A DNA stretch of 64,000 bases from Octopus sinensis (GCF_006345805.1 NC_043003.1:65906001-65970000), one strand, 5' to 3'. Counted from the first letter of the stretch, positions 24,958 to 39,285 are shown. Notes: generated by a model not told the origin, from the sequence alone. Numbers and translations are program-made.

Positions 24958-27900
24958 TAGGATCTTTATATGGCAATGATTATACATTTTATTGGTGGCA
25001 CGAAGATATATGTAAGAAAATATATTACGTAAAATCAAAATTCAAACAACAATAGTTTTCCAACAGGTAGAACTTACTCAATCAAGTACCTGAAGGAGAT
25101 TTTGAGTCACGTTGTGAAATGTGATCATTATCTTTTGCGCGTTTTTATTTTGTCTGCAACAAAACGCCGAATTCAATATGGCTTCTCTATTTAACATATA
25201 TGAGGTCTGTACTACAAGAAAAATAAATTAAAGAAAGAAATCTATTGCTTTACATAAAATTGATTCAGACTAGTTTCCTTTTAAATTGTTTCCTTCAACA
25301 TTGATACATCTATCTAAGTGATTTTTTTTTATTGACGCTTTTATACCTACACTGAAGGCGTCTGTTGAACTTAACTTATGGTTGAACACTTTCGAAGTAA
25401 TTAATTGATTTCAAGGGTCAAATAATAAGGATGATATTAAATCTAACGCAAATAGACATTTCTAGCTATTACACATTTGTTACTGAATTTGCGGGTAAAT
25501 ATTGGACTAAGAACAGACCTATCATGCTTGACATAACCATGAGATCGAATGACGCAGGGCTACTTTACAGCGAACGCTTTACAGGCGCACTGCGCAGTTC
25601 GTGTAGCAAATTTCCTTCTGCATCATTTCTTTTAGCAACAGAAATCGGAGATCATTCGGGGAAGATGTCTTGCGCTTCGTCAAAAACTTACTTAACGGGT
25701 AGCATATGATAGGTATATTATCGAGGTGCAGCATAGAAGTTTTGTTTGCGTGTGCACATGGCCACTTCATTGTCGTTCCTCTATCATGAGACCCGGCACA
25801 AAATTTTCCAGATCTAGTTTTGAATCCCAATTCTCGGCGCAATAACTTCCCAGATTGAAACGAAATTTACATTTCAAGTAACAGGAACATTGTTGACTTA
25901 TCCATGACGATGTAAAATATTTTTGAATTGTTCGAAATTATAAAACCTCTCGAGTTAAAATTCTGAATTCTCTGCTCCCATAGATTTATAGCTTTGTCGG
26001 ATTTCTCTAGCGTCCTATAAACTTCAATCAAAAGGAAAATTAAACAAAAAACATCACAACTATTATCCACCCTCTTGAACATTTTCAATACATCTCTGTT
26101 TTGTTTCTGTTTATCTGCCTGCCTGTCGTCTCTGCCCCCTCCCCCATTTCTTTCATTAGCGACAGATCTGGGCAGTCACTCATGCTGCACAAACTCTCTC
26201 ACGTATTTTATAATGGTGCTCTTATTGTTTCAAATGGTTATTCTTGGGTAAGGCATTCTATGATAAAAAGTACGTACACATTTATCTTAAACTGGACCTT
26301 AGTAGAAACAGAGTTATCAATGAAGCGTTTTGCCCCTATATGCGAATATATTTCTAATAAATTTCCTGGATTACATCAGAATCATTGCACATCTCAGGTT
26401 CGCTGAAATGAGTCTGAGCTCTCACTGTTGTAGCCAACATGGTTAAATAATAAGTAATTTACTTTCAGTTGTGTATTACATATGAAAAATGATGCTCGCT
26501 ATTACAAGATCAATTTTAAGATGTAACTTGAGTATCGATAAAATATGCGAAAACAACCAGAATAATGCAGATGCAGAGACGTAAAAAGATGATTCAATAA
26601 TTGTTTTAACACTCTAAAAGAACTAATAAATATCGTAATTTTATTACTTCGATATCTACTAACACCACCCACAATTTTCGAATGTAGAAACACCTTTGAG
26701 AATACATGACACCCGGTGAAATTGATAGAGAAATGTGGAAGAAGTGCACTAGCATACAGATCAGAGGTTAAAACTGTGATTACGAAATGAGTTAAAGAGG
26801 ATTATGTAATGTAATTCGAACGGAATTAAACAGAGGCTATCCTAAGTATAAATACTTAAGCACTCTTGATATATTTTCCAGTGTAAGAAATCAATAACTA
26901 AATAACGTAAGCAATCAATATTCTATATTGCACGTTGCAGTTGTATGAGAAGATAAAAGACAGCCATTGCAAATATCTGACGTCATCAAGTGAAATTACA
27001 CCAGTAAAATATAGGCAATGATATACTTTAGCTACAACGGCTAGCAAGATTAGAAGGAAATGACACTAACTCTGTAACATAGAGAATATTTGAAATCGAA
27101 TACAAATTGATATTTACACTATGGTTAGGTGTATTTCTAAAAGTTGTTAAAACTGCAAGAATTATATGACGGATATATTACTGCATTGCCAATAAAAGGA
27201 GCATTTTTACAACATTGATAACAATAGGATACGCACGCATGGTCGAATGTTTAAAATGCCCTCGTTTCAATCACGCGGTCCAGAGATCAATTCCCCAGAG
27301 CTTCGCATTGGAAAAGTGTCATTTACTATAGCCTTTACTCAATTTAATCCACTTAAGTAAGAGAAATTATGGAGACTGGAATTGCGCAGAACCTTCGAGG
27401 TTATGCTGCAGCTGTAATTCCAATATCTCAGGCTTGTCAATGTGTCATGGCGATTATTTCTCAGTATTACGTTCTAAGCACACATAAATTTATTCAGAAT
27501 AATCAGCCTATTAAGCAACAAACCTATGAAATTGTTGGATTCAAAATGTTATTTTGACCTCCACCAGAGCGCATGCGGATAAGAATTTCGATTCGCAATG
27601 ACGTGGATTTTGGTTCAAACTTACTGAGTAGCAAATTAGATGTGTCATTTATTATAACGTCGAGTGAGTTAAAGCAGTGCAAGTGGAATTTGGAATTAAG
27701 GAACTGCATGGAGCCAAATTGAAAATAACATTTCCGTTTATGAGTGGCTTGCTTAAGTCATCGTGCATTTTAGAGCACCAGAAGGTCTTGGGGGTCCTTT
27801 TAGAACAATCAGCTCAGTTTTAAACTTTCGAGGGTGAGATCTTCGGTTTGAGTCTGAGGATAACTTCCCCAGTTGTTTTCGCATGTCTCAGAGTCCTTGA

Positions 27901-28154
27901 AAAAAACTATCATCTGCAAAATTCTTCCGGATATCAGGAATTCCTGTTTAACATATACACCTTATTAGCTTGAGTATCTTTAGCGGTGACCACTTTGTCG
28001 TAAGCGTTTAGACCAGATGTCCATTGTCATTATTTCCTCCGTTCACCAGTCACGGAAGATCTGGAAAGTATTAAGCACACAAATAACATAAGTAAGAATC
28101 GACGCGAGAACCGATCAATGGCAGGAAAAAAAGGTATAACAACAGTAACAATCT

Positions 28155-28276
28155 TTTCTGCTTAAAGGAACAAGGAGGGACTAGTCAGTTACATCGACCC
28201 CAGTATTTGACTAATACTTAGCTTATCGACCCCGAAAGGATGAAAGGCATAGCCGACCTCAGCGGAATTTGAACCG
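28155..28276 (-). mobile_element. SINE A, 5'-truncated
   Basis: Central domain through the B box. Confidence 0.75.
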
Positions 28277-28938
28277 ACTTGATAACAACACTAACATTAA
28301 TACTGAAATAGCAATAATAAGAATGGTCTTCTACATCTAAGCATGTAACTGATACAATAACTTAGTGTTATCGTTTCTAACATTATCCAACTAAATTATG
28401 TTACCAATCTCCCCCATGGCTAGTCTTTTTAAAATCTTCTCCTCATAAAGAATGAAAAGTTAACATTTTGTTTCACTCAGGTTACCTTACTCTAGCAATA
28501 TTTAGGTTTAGGGTTACTACTGGAACTGTTGTGACTATGGTTGCTACTGTAAACTGACTGTTATATAAGAATATTTACCATATAGGCACAGGAGTGGCTA
28601 TGTAGTAAAAAGCTTGCTTCTCAACTACATCGTTCTGGGTTCAGCTCCACTGCGTGGCACCTTGGGCAAGTGTCTTCAACTATAATCTGGAGCCGACCAA
28701 AGCCTGGTGACTGCATTTGGTAGACGGAAAGAGAAAGAAGCCCCTCGTGTGTGTGTGTATATATATATAAACACATTGTGTGTGTAAGATATAAGTTAGA
28801 AGTAATATAACCATCTAAGGAATAGATGTATCCATAGGCACCCCTGGTATTACCTCAGTATGTATGGTCCTTGTTATAAGGTATACGGTAGCAGATAATT
28901 TAAAAGGTAAACCTTGGTTTAATATATATAAAGATGAC

Positions 28939-29057
28939 AAGAAATGGAGAAATAAGCAGTGAGAAGTGGATCGTTGGTGTCATAAAGAGAGTATTTAATT
29001 AAATTATGACTTTATAACGCCAATGATTCACTTCTCACTGCTTATTGCTCCATTCTT
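28939..29057. repeat. Imperfect hairpin, about 48-bp arms, 22-nt AT-rich loop
   Basis: aagaaatggagaaataagcagtgagaagtggatcgttggtgtcataaag versus the reverse complement of ctttataacgccaatgattcacttctcactgcttattgctccattctt. Confidence 0.9.
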
Positions 29058-29065
29058 TATCGCCT

Positions 29066-29141
<76 letters not shown>

Positions 29142-29237
29142 TGAGAATCTACAAAAAGAAAAAGAAAACAAAAGTCGAAGACGGGTGTGTAAACAACAAA
29201 CAGATGTATTAGTTTAACGCTTGGGAAGTGAGAAAGT

Positions 29238-29273
29238 CTATTACGTTTCGAGCCTATGCTCTTCGACACAAAG
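29238..29273 (-). other. Degenerate hammerhead-like motif in a Penelope-like terminal-repeat fragment (fragment about 29140-29345)
   Basis: Minus strand CUUU GUGUCGAA GAGC-AUAG-GCUC GAAA CG UA AUAG: perfect stem II plus GAAA-CG-UA, but a non-canonical 8-nt core and weak stem I. Confidence 0.35.
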
Positions 29274-30834
29274 GAACACAGAAATAAACAGGAAGAGAAA
29301 ACAATAAAAGGTTTAGTGGCTAGCGATCTATCATGGCGAAGATATACATGTATTTGCGTGTATATAAACATATGCACGCATGAATGTATTTGTGTGTGTG
29401 TGTGTTTGTCCCCCATCATGGCTTGACAACTGAAGCTTACAAAGAATAAGTCCTGCGGTCGATTTGTTCGACTAAATGTAAAATGACTAAAAATAGCCGC
29501 AGTAAAATGACTGAAACAGTTAGAAGAATAAAAGAGTTCTTTGACCTGTACTGAAAGCTAGGAAGACCAGTTCAGTATTCTATCTAAAGTTTTGACCATT
29601 AAGAATAATTTTCTGTAAAGCGCTCTACGAAGAACGATGTTAAAAGTGATGCATCACATGTGCTAACGGTACTTAGTCATAAACAATAGCAATTAAGTTT
29701 TTTTTTTCCCCTAAAATTGGATAGTTTTTAGGGGTGGCCAATACTCTAATAAATTCAGACACGCAAAAGTGGCATTCGTGTTATCGACATCCGGAAGTAA
29801 ATAGAAGTAAAGTAGCATTTCGATTCTTAAGACCTATAGGAACGGTTACCCTGTTTCCAATGCGCAGATATGACTGAGATCGCAACATCTCCTCTGAACG
29901 AAGTGCCAGTCCGTCGCAGTGTTACTCATTTACCTCTGAACATAATGAAAGAACGGGAAATGAGGTATTTTGCTCAAGAACACAACGGACCACTCGGTCT
30001 GGAAGATGAAACTACGATCTTGCGAACACTTGAACATGCACTTTCTATACCGGCAAGAATGAAAGTTAATCTCGATCACAAAGGTATTTCCTACCTTCGA
30101 AGAGCGCGATTTTGATTTGTCCAGAATATTACTTTGAATAAGAAAGCCATAATAAGATCATTTCCAGTTAATTGTAATTCCATTCAGAAGTTATCGATCC
30201 ACGACAGGATGAATTCTCGACATAATGGCGCTAGCTCTTTCTATTACTCGTTGTTGTCTTATCTTTCCACGCTGACAAATTGTGGGATGGACGAGAGGCT
30301 ACTGCGGTTTAGTGATTAGCACTGACAAGCCATCGGTACTCAAACCGAATTTGAACTCAGAAAATAGTGTCAGAGCAGCAACAACAAAGTAATATTTTCT
30401 TTCAAGATGTAACTACGAAGCGAAACTAACTGGACTGATAATTTATTTGTATACACCGAATGAATAAATGACAGAATTGATCTTGAAGAATTTTCAACTC
30501 AGAAAGCAAATACCTGGAACGACTATGGCAGGACACTCCATCCATGGCTTTAACAACTCTACATATTCACCGCCAGTAATAATATCAGAATGGTGAAATA
30601 TTGCTTTAGTACACAGCAAGGTATTGGACAGAGTTTGAAATAGTATAATCGATGTATTGATTATACCTGCAACTCTAACTTCACTAAATTCTTCTGTTGA
30701 TGATATTTCGAGAGCAGCAGAAAGTAAATGAGATTACTACTGTAAAACATTTGTCACCATTTTACCATTAACCCTCCCGCCCCGCCTCTTCCTCCTCGTC
30801 GTAGTAGCAGTAGTAATCATAATGATAATAATAA

Positions 30835-31190
30835 TCCTGACTGCTATAGGCACAGCGCTTTGAAATTTTGCGGGAGGAGACTGGTCGATTACATCGACCC
30901 AAATACACGTCTGGTACTTATTTATATCGACCCGGAAAAGTGGACCCGGAAAAGTGGACCTCGGCGGAATTTGAACTCAGAACGTAAAGACTGAGTAAAT
31001 ACCTCTAAGCATAACGCCCGACTTACGAACACGGTGACAGTAACAATCCTTTCTACTGGAAGCATAAGGCCTCATATTTGGTTCTTAATTTTTCATCCCC
31101 GAAAGGATGAAAAGCAAAGTGGACGTCGGCGTAATTTGAACCCAGAACGTGAAGATGGACTAAATACGCATATAGCCCGGCTTGCTAACA
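30835..31190 (-). mobile_element. Two adjacent internally deleted SINE A copies
   Basis: Two B boxes and two tails; includes a local 14-bp duplication GACCCGGAAAAGTG. Confidence 0.75.
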
Positions 31191-32151
31191 CTATTATAGT
31201 AGTAATACTACGGCAACTACTGCTGTTGTTGCATTTTTCTTACGTTAACGATTATAATGATATTTATAAAATACATTCTTTCAGCAATGAAAGGGCTTTT
31301 ATCGTTGTAAATGACTTTCAGTAATGTAAGCGCCTCCTGAATAAATCTATGTTTCTTTCAAAGTTCCATGTAGAATTCCGCAGCAAAAACAAAATCAATA
31401 GCAATTAACCAAGGAATTAAAAAGAGGAAAATAATAAAATAAATAATACCTGTATCTATGTATTATATCGATGACAATGTTCAGTGTTCATAAACCTCGC
31501 TTGTGATAACCTTATTCATTTTAAATACTCTTCATAATTATGATTATATCTGGATAAGTTAACTGTCTAGAAGAAATTTCTCAGACTATCAAGGATGGCG
31601 CCAAGAATTAGCTCGCTGCCCATCATCAGTTTTAACTTTTCTCTGATCCTCTACTGGACATTGTTCCCAATATGTTGTGCAGAAATAAGTACTGTGTACA
31701 CTTGGCAACATTCTGTATGCAAAATGTTCAACGGCCGTACTGTTTTGACCCACAATTTTGGTTAAGTCAAAGAGTGAATATTATCAAACTCAATTCCATC
31801 ATCAAAGAGTGTTGTTTCAGAGAAAATTTCCACAAAGCTCTATGGACTTGCCTCTCCGGAGAAGCTGGAAACTCACTGCATACGATATTCACACAAGAAA
31901 ATACGACTCTGCTGAATGATTGAGTGGAAAAACCATTCGATATCTCCAACTGCTGGATCAATAAGTGGGGCGCCAACATATACAGAAAAGATGAGAGGAG
32001 ATGCTCATGGCAAGACGAAGCACTTTCGAGAAGCGCTGTTCTGTTTGACCAACTCACTAATTCATACTTGAGGAAAGTAGTGAAAAGAGGAATCTAAGCA
32101 GGAAGAAATAATGACGCTGTCAATATGCAATTATCATAAAACTGAAATATA

Positions 32152-32290
32152 CCTTTCTACACAAGGCACAAGGGCCGAAATTTGGTGGAAGGGAGCCAGT
32201 CGATTAGTTCGACCCCAGTACGCAAATGGTACTTAATTTATCGACCTCGAAAGGATGAAAGGCAAAGTTGACGTCGGCGGAGTTTTAACT
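32152..32290 (-). mobile_element. SINE A, 5'-truncated
   Basis: Tail and central domain. Confidence 0.8.
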
Positions 32291-32608
32291 GAAATTTAAG
32301 CTAGAGGTTGAATATGAAAGTTGAATAATCTTAATAAATTAAGGTCTGCTTTAAACTGATTTTCTTCTTGGGTAATTTGCATATACATATAGGTCACTAA
32401 AACTAAAATCACTGATATTGAAAGTGATTCGTATTGATTAGGTGGTCACGGCATCTAAAACATTATTCTTCTTTAAGCATTGGACTGTTTGCCTTTGTAG
32501 GTGTATAGTTTTTATATACGAGGCAATGAGAGGCATTTATCTGAGAGTTCTTGCGATTCCTTATTTTAGTATTGCTCCTTAGTGTATTTTCTACAATGAT
32601 GTTTCAGC

Positions 32609-33168
32609 TACTGATAAATACGTAAATACTGATAGAACAGCATATATAGGATAACATCTTTTTAGAGCAGAAAAGCTTGTTGGCAACCACCTATGAGGAT
32701 AGAACTCACCCTATATAATATCTGGTTGCCGACAAACTTTTCTGCTCATTAAGGATTTTATGCTATATATGCTGTTTTATTAATATTTACGCGTTGAAAA
32801 ACAAAAAGTATCGTTATACTTGTTCTACAATACATTTGAACGATTCAGACAGAAACTTATGTTTGTTTACATACAACGTAATCTATATAACATCTGGATG
32901 ACTTTATAACTGTTCTAAAAGTGCAGAAGAATTTGTTGGTCGCCAGTTTAGCTTAAAGGTGAGCACTCCGACCGGGTATTAAAGGGGTGAGAGTTTAATC
33001 CTCATGGCTGGTTGCTGACAAAATTTTCTTCTATAAAAGCATTTTATTCTATATATGCTGTTCTATCAGTATTTACAAGTTGAAAAAAAAATTTGTACTT
33101 GTTCTACAATACGTTCCAACGCTTCATAAACAAACTTATGTTTGTTTACGTATGGCGTACTGATAAAT
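32609..33168. mobile_element. Unclassified element of about 540 bp built from a duplicated hairpin unit, flanked by an 11-bp direct repeat (possible TSD)
   Basis: TACTGATAAAT at 32609-32619 and 33158-33168. Arm 32622-32711 is inverted relative to both 32723-32790 and 32984-33076. Segments 32723-32880 and 33009-33153 are direct repeats (period about 286). Confidence 0.6.
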
Positions 33169-33971
33169 CGCTTTATTCAAACAGTCGACGAAGTTTCAGC
33201 ACAGCAGGTTTCTTCAATTTCAAATAATTCTTCATGACATTTGCTGTTTTATAAATATAGAAGTTCTTTTCATAAACAGTTTCAAATGCAACTTCACAGC
33301 ATCACATTTGATGTAGATGGACAACGCTTTTGAACGTATATGAAACAGACTTTTAGAGAGAGAAATTCGAGTTGAAAACTGCGCTATAAGTATTGCTGAA
33401 TTGGATGGGAAAGAATCATTAAATTCTGAAAATCAAAACGTCTTAAATTATTTTGTTTTGTATGAAAAAAGACTGACATTTGTCATAGTTCTCTAAATCT
33501 CAAAAGGATCTAGTGATTACATATTACGACAGTACTAAGTCTTATATATACAGTAGTAAGTATCTTCTTTTACCGTATATACTTATAAGTAACTTCTTAC
33601 CGGATATACAGTACTAAATTACTTCTTCTTAGACTTTTAGTACAATAGATTTACGTTACCCGTACCACTGTGGTGCATTGTATCAACGTATTTCAAATTC
33701 CGGCGTGGATGATCCGTTTTCGGCTTAGATGTGACACTTTATGGTTTTCAAACTTTGCAGATTATACATAATTTTACTCATGGCAACTTTATGACGCAAA
33801 ACGAATGTTAACAAGTGCTCTCAAAGATAATACGTCACTGCATATGCTTACGTATCAATTTTTCATTTAAGTTTATATGTAATTTAGGTACTCAAATTAG
33901 CCACAATTATTTGCGTCGTAATCTTTCTTTTGACACACTCTTCAAAAATATTCTTGTCTACTAATAACTCT

Positions 33972-34408
33972 TTCTTCTAATGACACAAGGCCTGAAATTT
34001 TGGGGGAGGGTTCTAGTCGATTACTCCGAACCCAATGTATCAATGGTACTTAATTTATCGGCCCTTTCAAAGGATGAGAGGCAAAGTCGACCTTGGCAGA
34101 ATTTGAACTCAGAAGGTAAAGACGTTTAAAATGCCGCTAAGCATTTTACCCGGCGTGCTAATGGTTCTGCCAGCTCACCGCCTTAAATAATATTTTCTAC
34201 TAATGAGACAAGGCCTGAAATTTTGGGAGAGGAGACCAGTCGATTACTTTGAACCCAGCACATGAATGGTACTTAATTTATTGATCCTTTCAAAGGATGA
34301 AAGGCAAAGTCGACCTCGGTGGAATTTGAACTCAGAACGTAAAGACAGATGAAATGCCGTTCAGCATTTTGCCCGGCATGCTAAAGGTTCTGCCAGATCA
34401 CTGCCTTC
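33972..34408 (-). mobile_element. Tandem pair of full SINE A monomers with shared private variants
   Basis: Both carry ctaatga(c/g)acaagg and cctttcaaagg. Confidence 0.85.
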
Positions 34409-36174
34409 CTGTCTACTACTAATAACAAGCAATACTTATTTCGTATGACGGATGAAGACCCATTTTTTTTCTTGTTCCCGACATGTTCCTCCTTCTCCAG
34501 AATGTATGTTACCTCTAATCGATACTTAGGTTCCGTAGTCAGAAGTAACTGTATTGATAATCATTGACATAAAACTAGCATTTACAGAATATGTCAACTC
34601 TAATGTCAACGTAGTTACATCTTTTACAATCGAAAGTGACGTCTCTGAGGACACCATCATGACTACTGCTAACCCAGCTTATAGGACTATAATATTTTTC
34701 TATCACTTAATTCTTCGGTAAAAATCATTGCAAGAGAGACAATAAGAGCTAATACGATAATCACTGATGTCAGCAAGTGACACTACCTTATTGCAGACAC
34801 CTTAGTGACTGTTCAAAAAGTGAATTCTTTATATGTTCCATATAAGACATACAAAAATGAGAATGCCTGCTGACGATTACGATATACGTCGCTCTATTAC
34901 GAAAGACTACATCAATCTAAATATCGTAATGCTTGACACCGATATGATATCAACTGACTTCTCGTTGAGTATCTTCAATATTTATTAAACAACATTTAAC
35001 AAGAGGTCTCGGAATGTTACATTTGTCAAAAGTTAAATTCATGCCAGAGCATCAGATTTATGCATCTGTTTGTCCGCAGAAGATTGAAGCTGATTGCTCT
35101 GTTAATGTCAACTATAAATAGATGTTTGTAGAATACTATTCGTGTCTTTGTTGTGACATTTCTTCGACAATCCTTTATTATATCAGTTATTTCTTTTAAT
35201 TTTAAATTTACTTAAATGTGACCAATAGAACGAATCTTCGATTTGTCTTCCGAATTGGTGTCTTTTTAACATTGTATGAGTGCAAATTAACTGTTTGGAC
35301 CTCCGCCCATCCTATTCTACAATAAATGATCAGCATGAGCCTTATGTTGACACTGTCTCTTAAGCAGTGATATTAGTTCTAGAATCGATAACTATGCCAA
35401 TCTCCGCGTGTGAATGTATTCTGCCTGCAATGTTTCTCTCGCTATAAACTGTATCTACTATCAACACCTTATGAATCCGCTGTACATGTGTGCAAGCCAC
35501 CTGAGAAGATACTGGTTGATTAAGTGCATCTTACACGTTCTATTTCCCTATGGATAGAAAGCTGCTGTAGTAATTAAAACTGTCAAACGAACGATACTGT
35601 CAAGCGAAACACTACTGAGGCTTGGTATGGGGAAATTGCTTCAACTGAAATATAAATATTCCTGAAAATTGACTTGACATATCTATCGAAACTCATAAGG
35701 TAGGCGCATACAGAGAAAGCCGATGAAGCATATTTTAAGCTAATAAACCGTTGGTGGTCATAAAGTCGTGTTGTTCTACTAAAATTTACGACATATTGAA
35801 AATTATTGTTACACCTGGAAATTTAGTGTTACTCGTTCACACTTGAAAAAGTTTAAATTTTATGATATACTCTGGCTAATTAGTGCGTACTTTTCATGAA
35901 TGTTTGTCGGTGTATACAATGAATGTAATCATTGAATATATATTAATGTCTGATTTCAACTACATTTCGTTTTGCGTTAGTTGACTTCACAATAAAAATA
36001 CAGTTGGGCAAAGAATTAAATGGAGGACAAAAACCGACATCAGCAAAACGCGCAACAGAGTCCCGTCACTAAATAGAGTTCTTTAAATAAACCCACTAAG
36101 CGTAGCCCACGGAATTCACAAGACTCTTCTGTTCTAAATAGTCATGTGCATTGTATATGATCACCTAATAATAT

Positions 36175-36570
36175 CTTTTCTACAGCTGGAAGAATGCCTG
36201 AAAGTTGAAGGAGCGCGGTCTAGTCGATTACAGTAACCCAAGAACTTAGCTGTTACTTATTTCATCAACTCCGAAAAGATGAAAAGCAAAGTTAATCTTT
36301 GAAGAATATGAATTAAGAGCGTAAAGACGGTCGACGTGCTTCCAAGCATTTTGTGCAGTGTGATACCGATTCTGCACGCCACACATTCTGCACGTTTTAA
36401 TTCAATGAAAAATATTCTTTTAATAATTAAAACTCGATTCTGCCGAGGTTGAATTTGCATTTCGTTCTTTCGGAAACGCTGAAATAAGCACCAGGAGAAC
36501 ACAGTGGTCAATGTAATCGACTTACAACCTACTCCGATATTGTTGGACTTCTGCCAAAACTGTATATCAA
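36175..36570. mobile_element. Two decayed SINE A copies (about 36175-36375 -, 36425-36570 +)
   Basis: Residual central-domain similarity. Confidence 0.55.
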
Positions 36571-37204
36571 TAATTGATACTCGGTTCTGTACAAGACCAA
36601 GCACAAAAAGCCTGCTTACAAAACTAAAATTCTGCATGACAGCCATTTAATCATGTGACACAAGCAACACCATACGTACAGTAAACAGTATAAAGGTGTA
36701 TTATCTACAATAATAATTGAGAAAGCAAAACAAACATGAAGCTAAATCAAAAGTGAGTACAAATTCTACTCAATAACCACAGACCACTTAATATATAGCA
36801 GAACGGACACAACACACGTCTAAAGATATAACCACTTAGCAATTTTCACATAAGTCACCCAATCAAGCTTTCTATAAAATAATGAACCATAGGCGGCCAT
36901 ATTGCCCCGTCATTTGACTCGAATTTAAACGACATATTGAAACTTACAGCAACATAAGATTTTATTATGTATTTTGAGAGTTCTAACACACTTTTCGTAT
37001 TTTGCTTTCTTTGCTTGGAGGGTGGGTTACAATAGATAGATGTAATATTTGTTGTCGGATAGAGGATGATTTAAACTTTCGATTTGCGTTGCCCACATTC
37101 ACAAAGTTAATATAGCACGAATTATAATCGCATCGTACGGTTGGACTGAGACAGACGTGGACAAGAAAAAAACAAACAAACAAACAAATTAATCTCATGC
37201 AAAG

Positions 37205-37388
37205 TTCTGTGTTTAAGAAGCTCGCTTAAAACAATAACGTGCTTTCGAATGCAATCCTACTACGCAACGCCTTCGGCAGGTACGTTCTGCTAAGACCCGG
37301 GACCGAGCGATACCTCGGGAGTGAGTTTCGTACAGAGCAACATTTGTGGAAACCCGTTATATGATGGCGCGTGTATGTGTGTGTGAGA

Positions 37389-37473
<85 letters not shown>

Positions 37474-37712
37474 CGAGTGTGTATTTAGTTATGTCTTTGT
37501 GTTTGATTTTGTCTACACCACTGCTTGAAAACAGGTATTGGTTTGTTGATGCCCTCGTAACAAAACGGTTCAATAAAAAAGATCCCATGGATGAAGTACC
37601 AGATTTTGAAAATAAGTAGAGTGTGTGGAGTATGGCGGCATTTTATCGTCCGTGCTCTCAAGGCAGCACCTTAGCATGGCTGCAGTCCATCGACTGCAAC
37701 AAGTAAAATGTG
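37205..37712 (+). mobile_element. Old SINE B copy with an internal (GT)n expansion
   Basis: Diverged head and CORE-like domain, (GT)n at about 37376-37471, diverged tail. Confidence 0.7.
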
Positions 37713-38564
37713 GCGACATATTGTACACGTTAAAATGAAGATATGATTTCACAGTCACAGCGAATGCAATGAAAGTAGCATCTTCGAGAATATCGAAAGT
37801 ATTTGCAGTATACAAAGTTAATTCTAAAGCCTTAATGGACACAAGAACATTTTTAAGAAAAAGAGAGGTTTGAAAAATTGAAATGTAAAATAGCATAAGT
37901 TAGACTTCTTTAATATATCCCAAGTACGTAAATATGTAATAAAGTACCGCAGCATATATATGCGCGTGTTTGGGAGAGGACTATGTGTGTGTATGTGTGT
38001 GTGTGTGTGTTCGTGTGTGTGTGAGTGTGTGTTCGTATATTTCATTAAGTTGTTTACACTAGAAAACATGCAGTCAACGTTATCAATAGATAAAAGAATT
38101 GATAGCTCTTTGAATTTTCAAGATACGGAAGTACAACGGAACATACAAAGGTATCATCATGCGATGCTGAAGCAGAAAACGCGATGGACGAAATGAAGAA
38201 AAACGTCGTCTGATGCTAATAGTTAACCATTATATATGCTTATAAATGCTTTCATATTATACAAGCTATCAATGCATCGATACGGGAAACAACAATTTCC
38301 CAGAATCCACCTGTATAGAACAAAGAATCTCTGATCACAAAAGACAAATATTCTGCCACGCAAACAATAACGATACAAAGAGAAACAGAGGGAAACATTG
38401 GCTGATGCTGAAAATGAAGGTTGTAATGTGAGTTACACTTTTAGTGGTGCAATAAAGAGCGTAAATTGCGTTAGCGATGTTAATAGCATTAATGCTGGAA
38501 GTATTAACAATGATTTCTATTCTTCACAATAATGAATTTCATTATTAATAATGAATATAAAGCG

Positions 38565-39143
38565 GAATTTAAGAGCTGGCAGAACCGTTAGAGCCTTGGA
38601 CAAAATGTTAAGCGGCATTTCTTACAGCATATTACGTTCGAGTTCAAATAACAACGCGTCGACTTTTCCTTTCATCCTTACGGGGTCGATAATCTAAATA
38701 CCAGTTGAACACGGAGGTCAATGTAATCAAGTAACGCCCTCTCCTTAAAATTACTGGTCCTGCGCGAAAGTTTGAATCCATTATTCTTCCAGCACAATAA
38801 AAGTTCACCGACTTTAACTTTTTCTTTTTATTACATCGGTATCATAATGTATAAGTGAACCACTTGGGACAATTACTTCGAATGACCCCATACCCCGCAA
38901 AATTACAAGCGATGCAAGCTTCCTAAATTTCAGACAACTAATAACAGTTTCAAAATTTGGCAAAAGATGTGTGCAAATCCATTACTTCGATCCCAGTGTT
39001 CAAATGGTACTTATTTTATCGACCCCGAAAAGATGAAAAGCAGAATCGACGTCGGCGGAATTTGAACGTAAACTAAATGACGCAGACGAAATGCCGCTAA
39101 GCTCTCTTGCAGACGTACTAACGATTCTGTCAGCTCGCCGCCT
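38565..39143. mobile_element. SINE A copies (38565-38785 +, 38965-39143 -)
   Basis: Heads gagctggcagaaccgttag and gctaacgattctgtcagctcgccgcc, with central domains. Confidence 0.8.
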
Positions 39144-39285
39144 TTCAGATAATTAATACTAATGACTCTAATTTGTCTATTTGTTACAACCACCCGGATG
39201 TCCGTAAAAACGCAATGCGAAATTTCTTCTGAATTTTTCCGCCAAGATCAACGAAGAATTTAGATAAAATACAGTGGCATTGGGC

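Larger units (their letters stand above)
28585..29535 (+). mobile_element. SINE B split into a 5' half (28585-28770) and 3' half (29345-29535) by about 570 bp of nested sequence
   Basis: The halves are colinear with family B; the insert holds the 28939-29057 hairpin and the 29238 motif. Confidence 0.65.

Noticed and set aside
25655-25700. Minus-strand VFDEAQDIFPE, Walker-B-like
   Set aside because: Bounded by stops on both sides, with no other helicase motifs.
27700-28060. Possible LINE remnants here and at about 31780-32000, 40020-40160 and 42300-42700
   Set aside because: Translations gave no motif I could confidently assign; would need a profile search.
33180-33225. Minus-strand UUGAAGA...GAAAC-UUC-GUC
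   Set aside because: Neither stem I nor stem II pairs.
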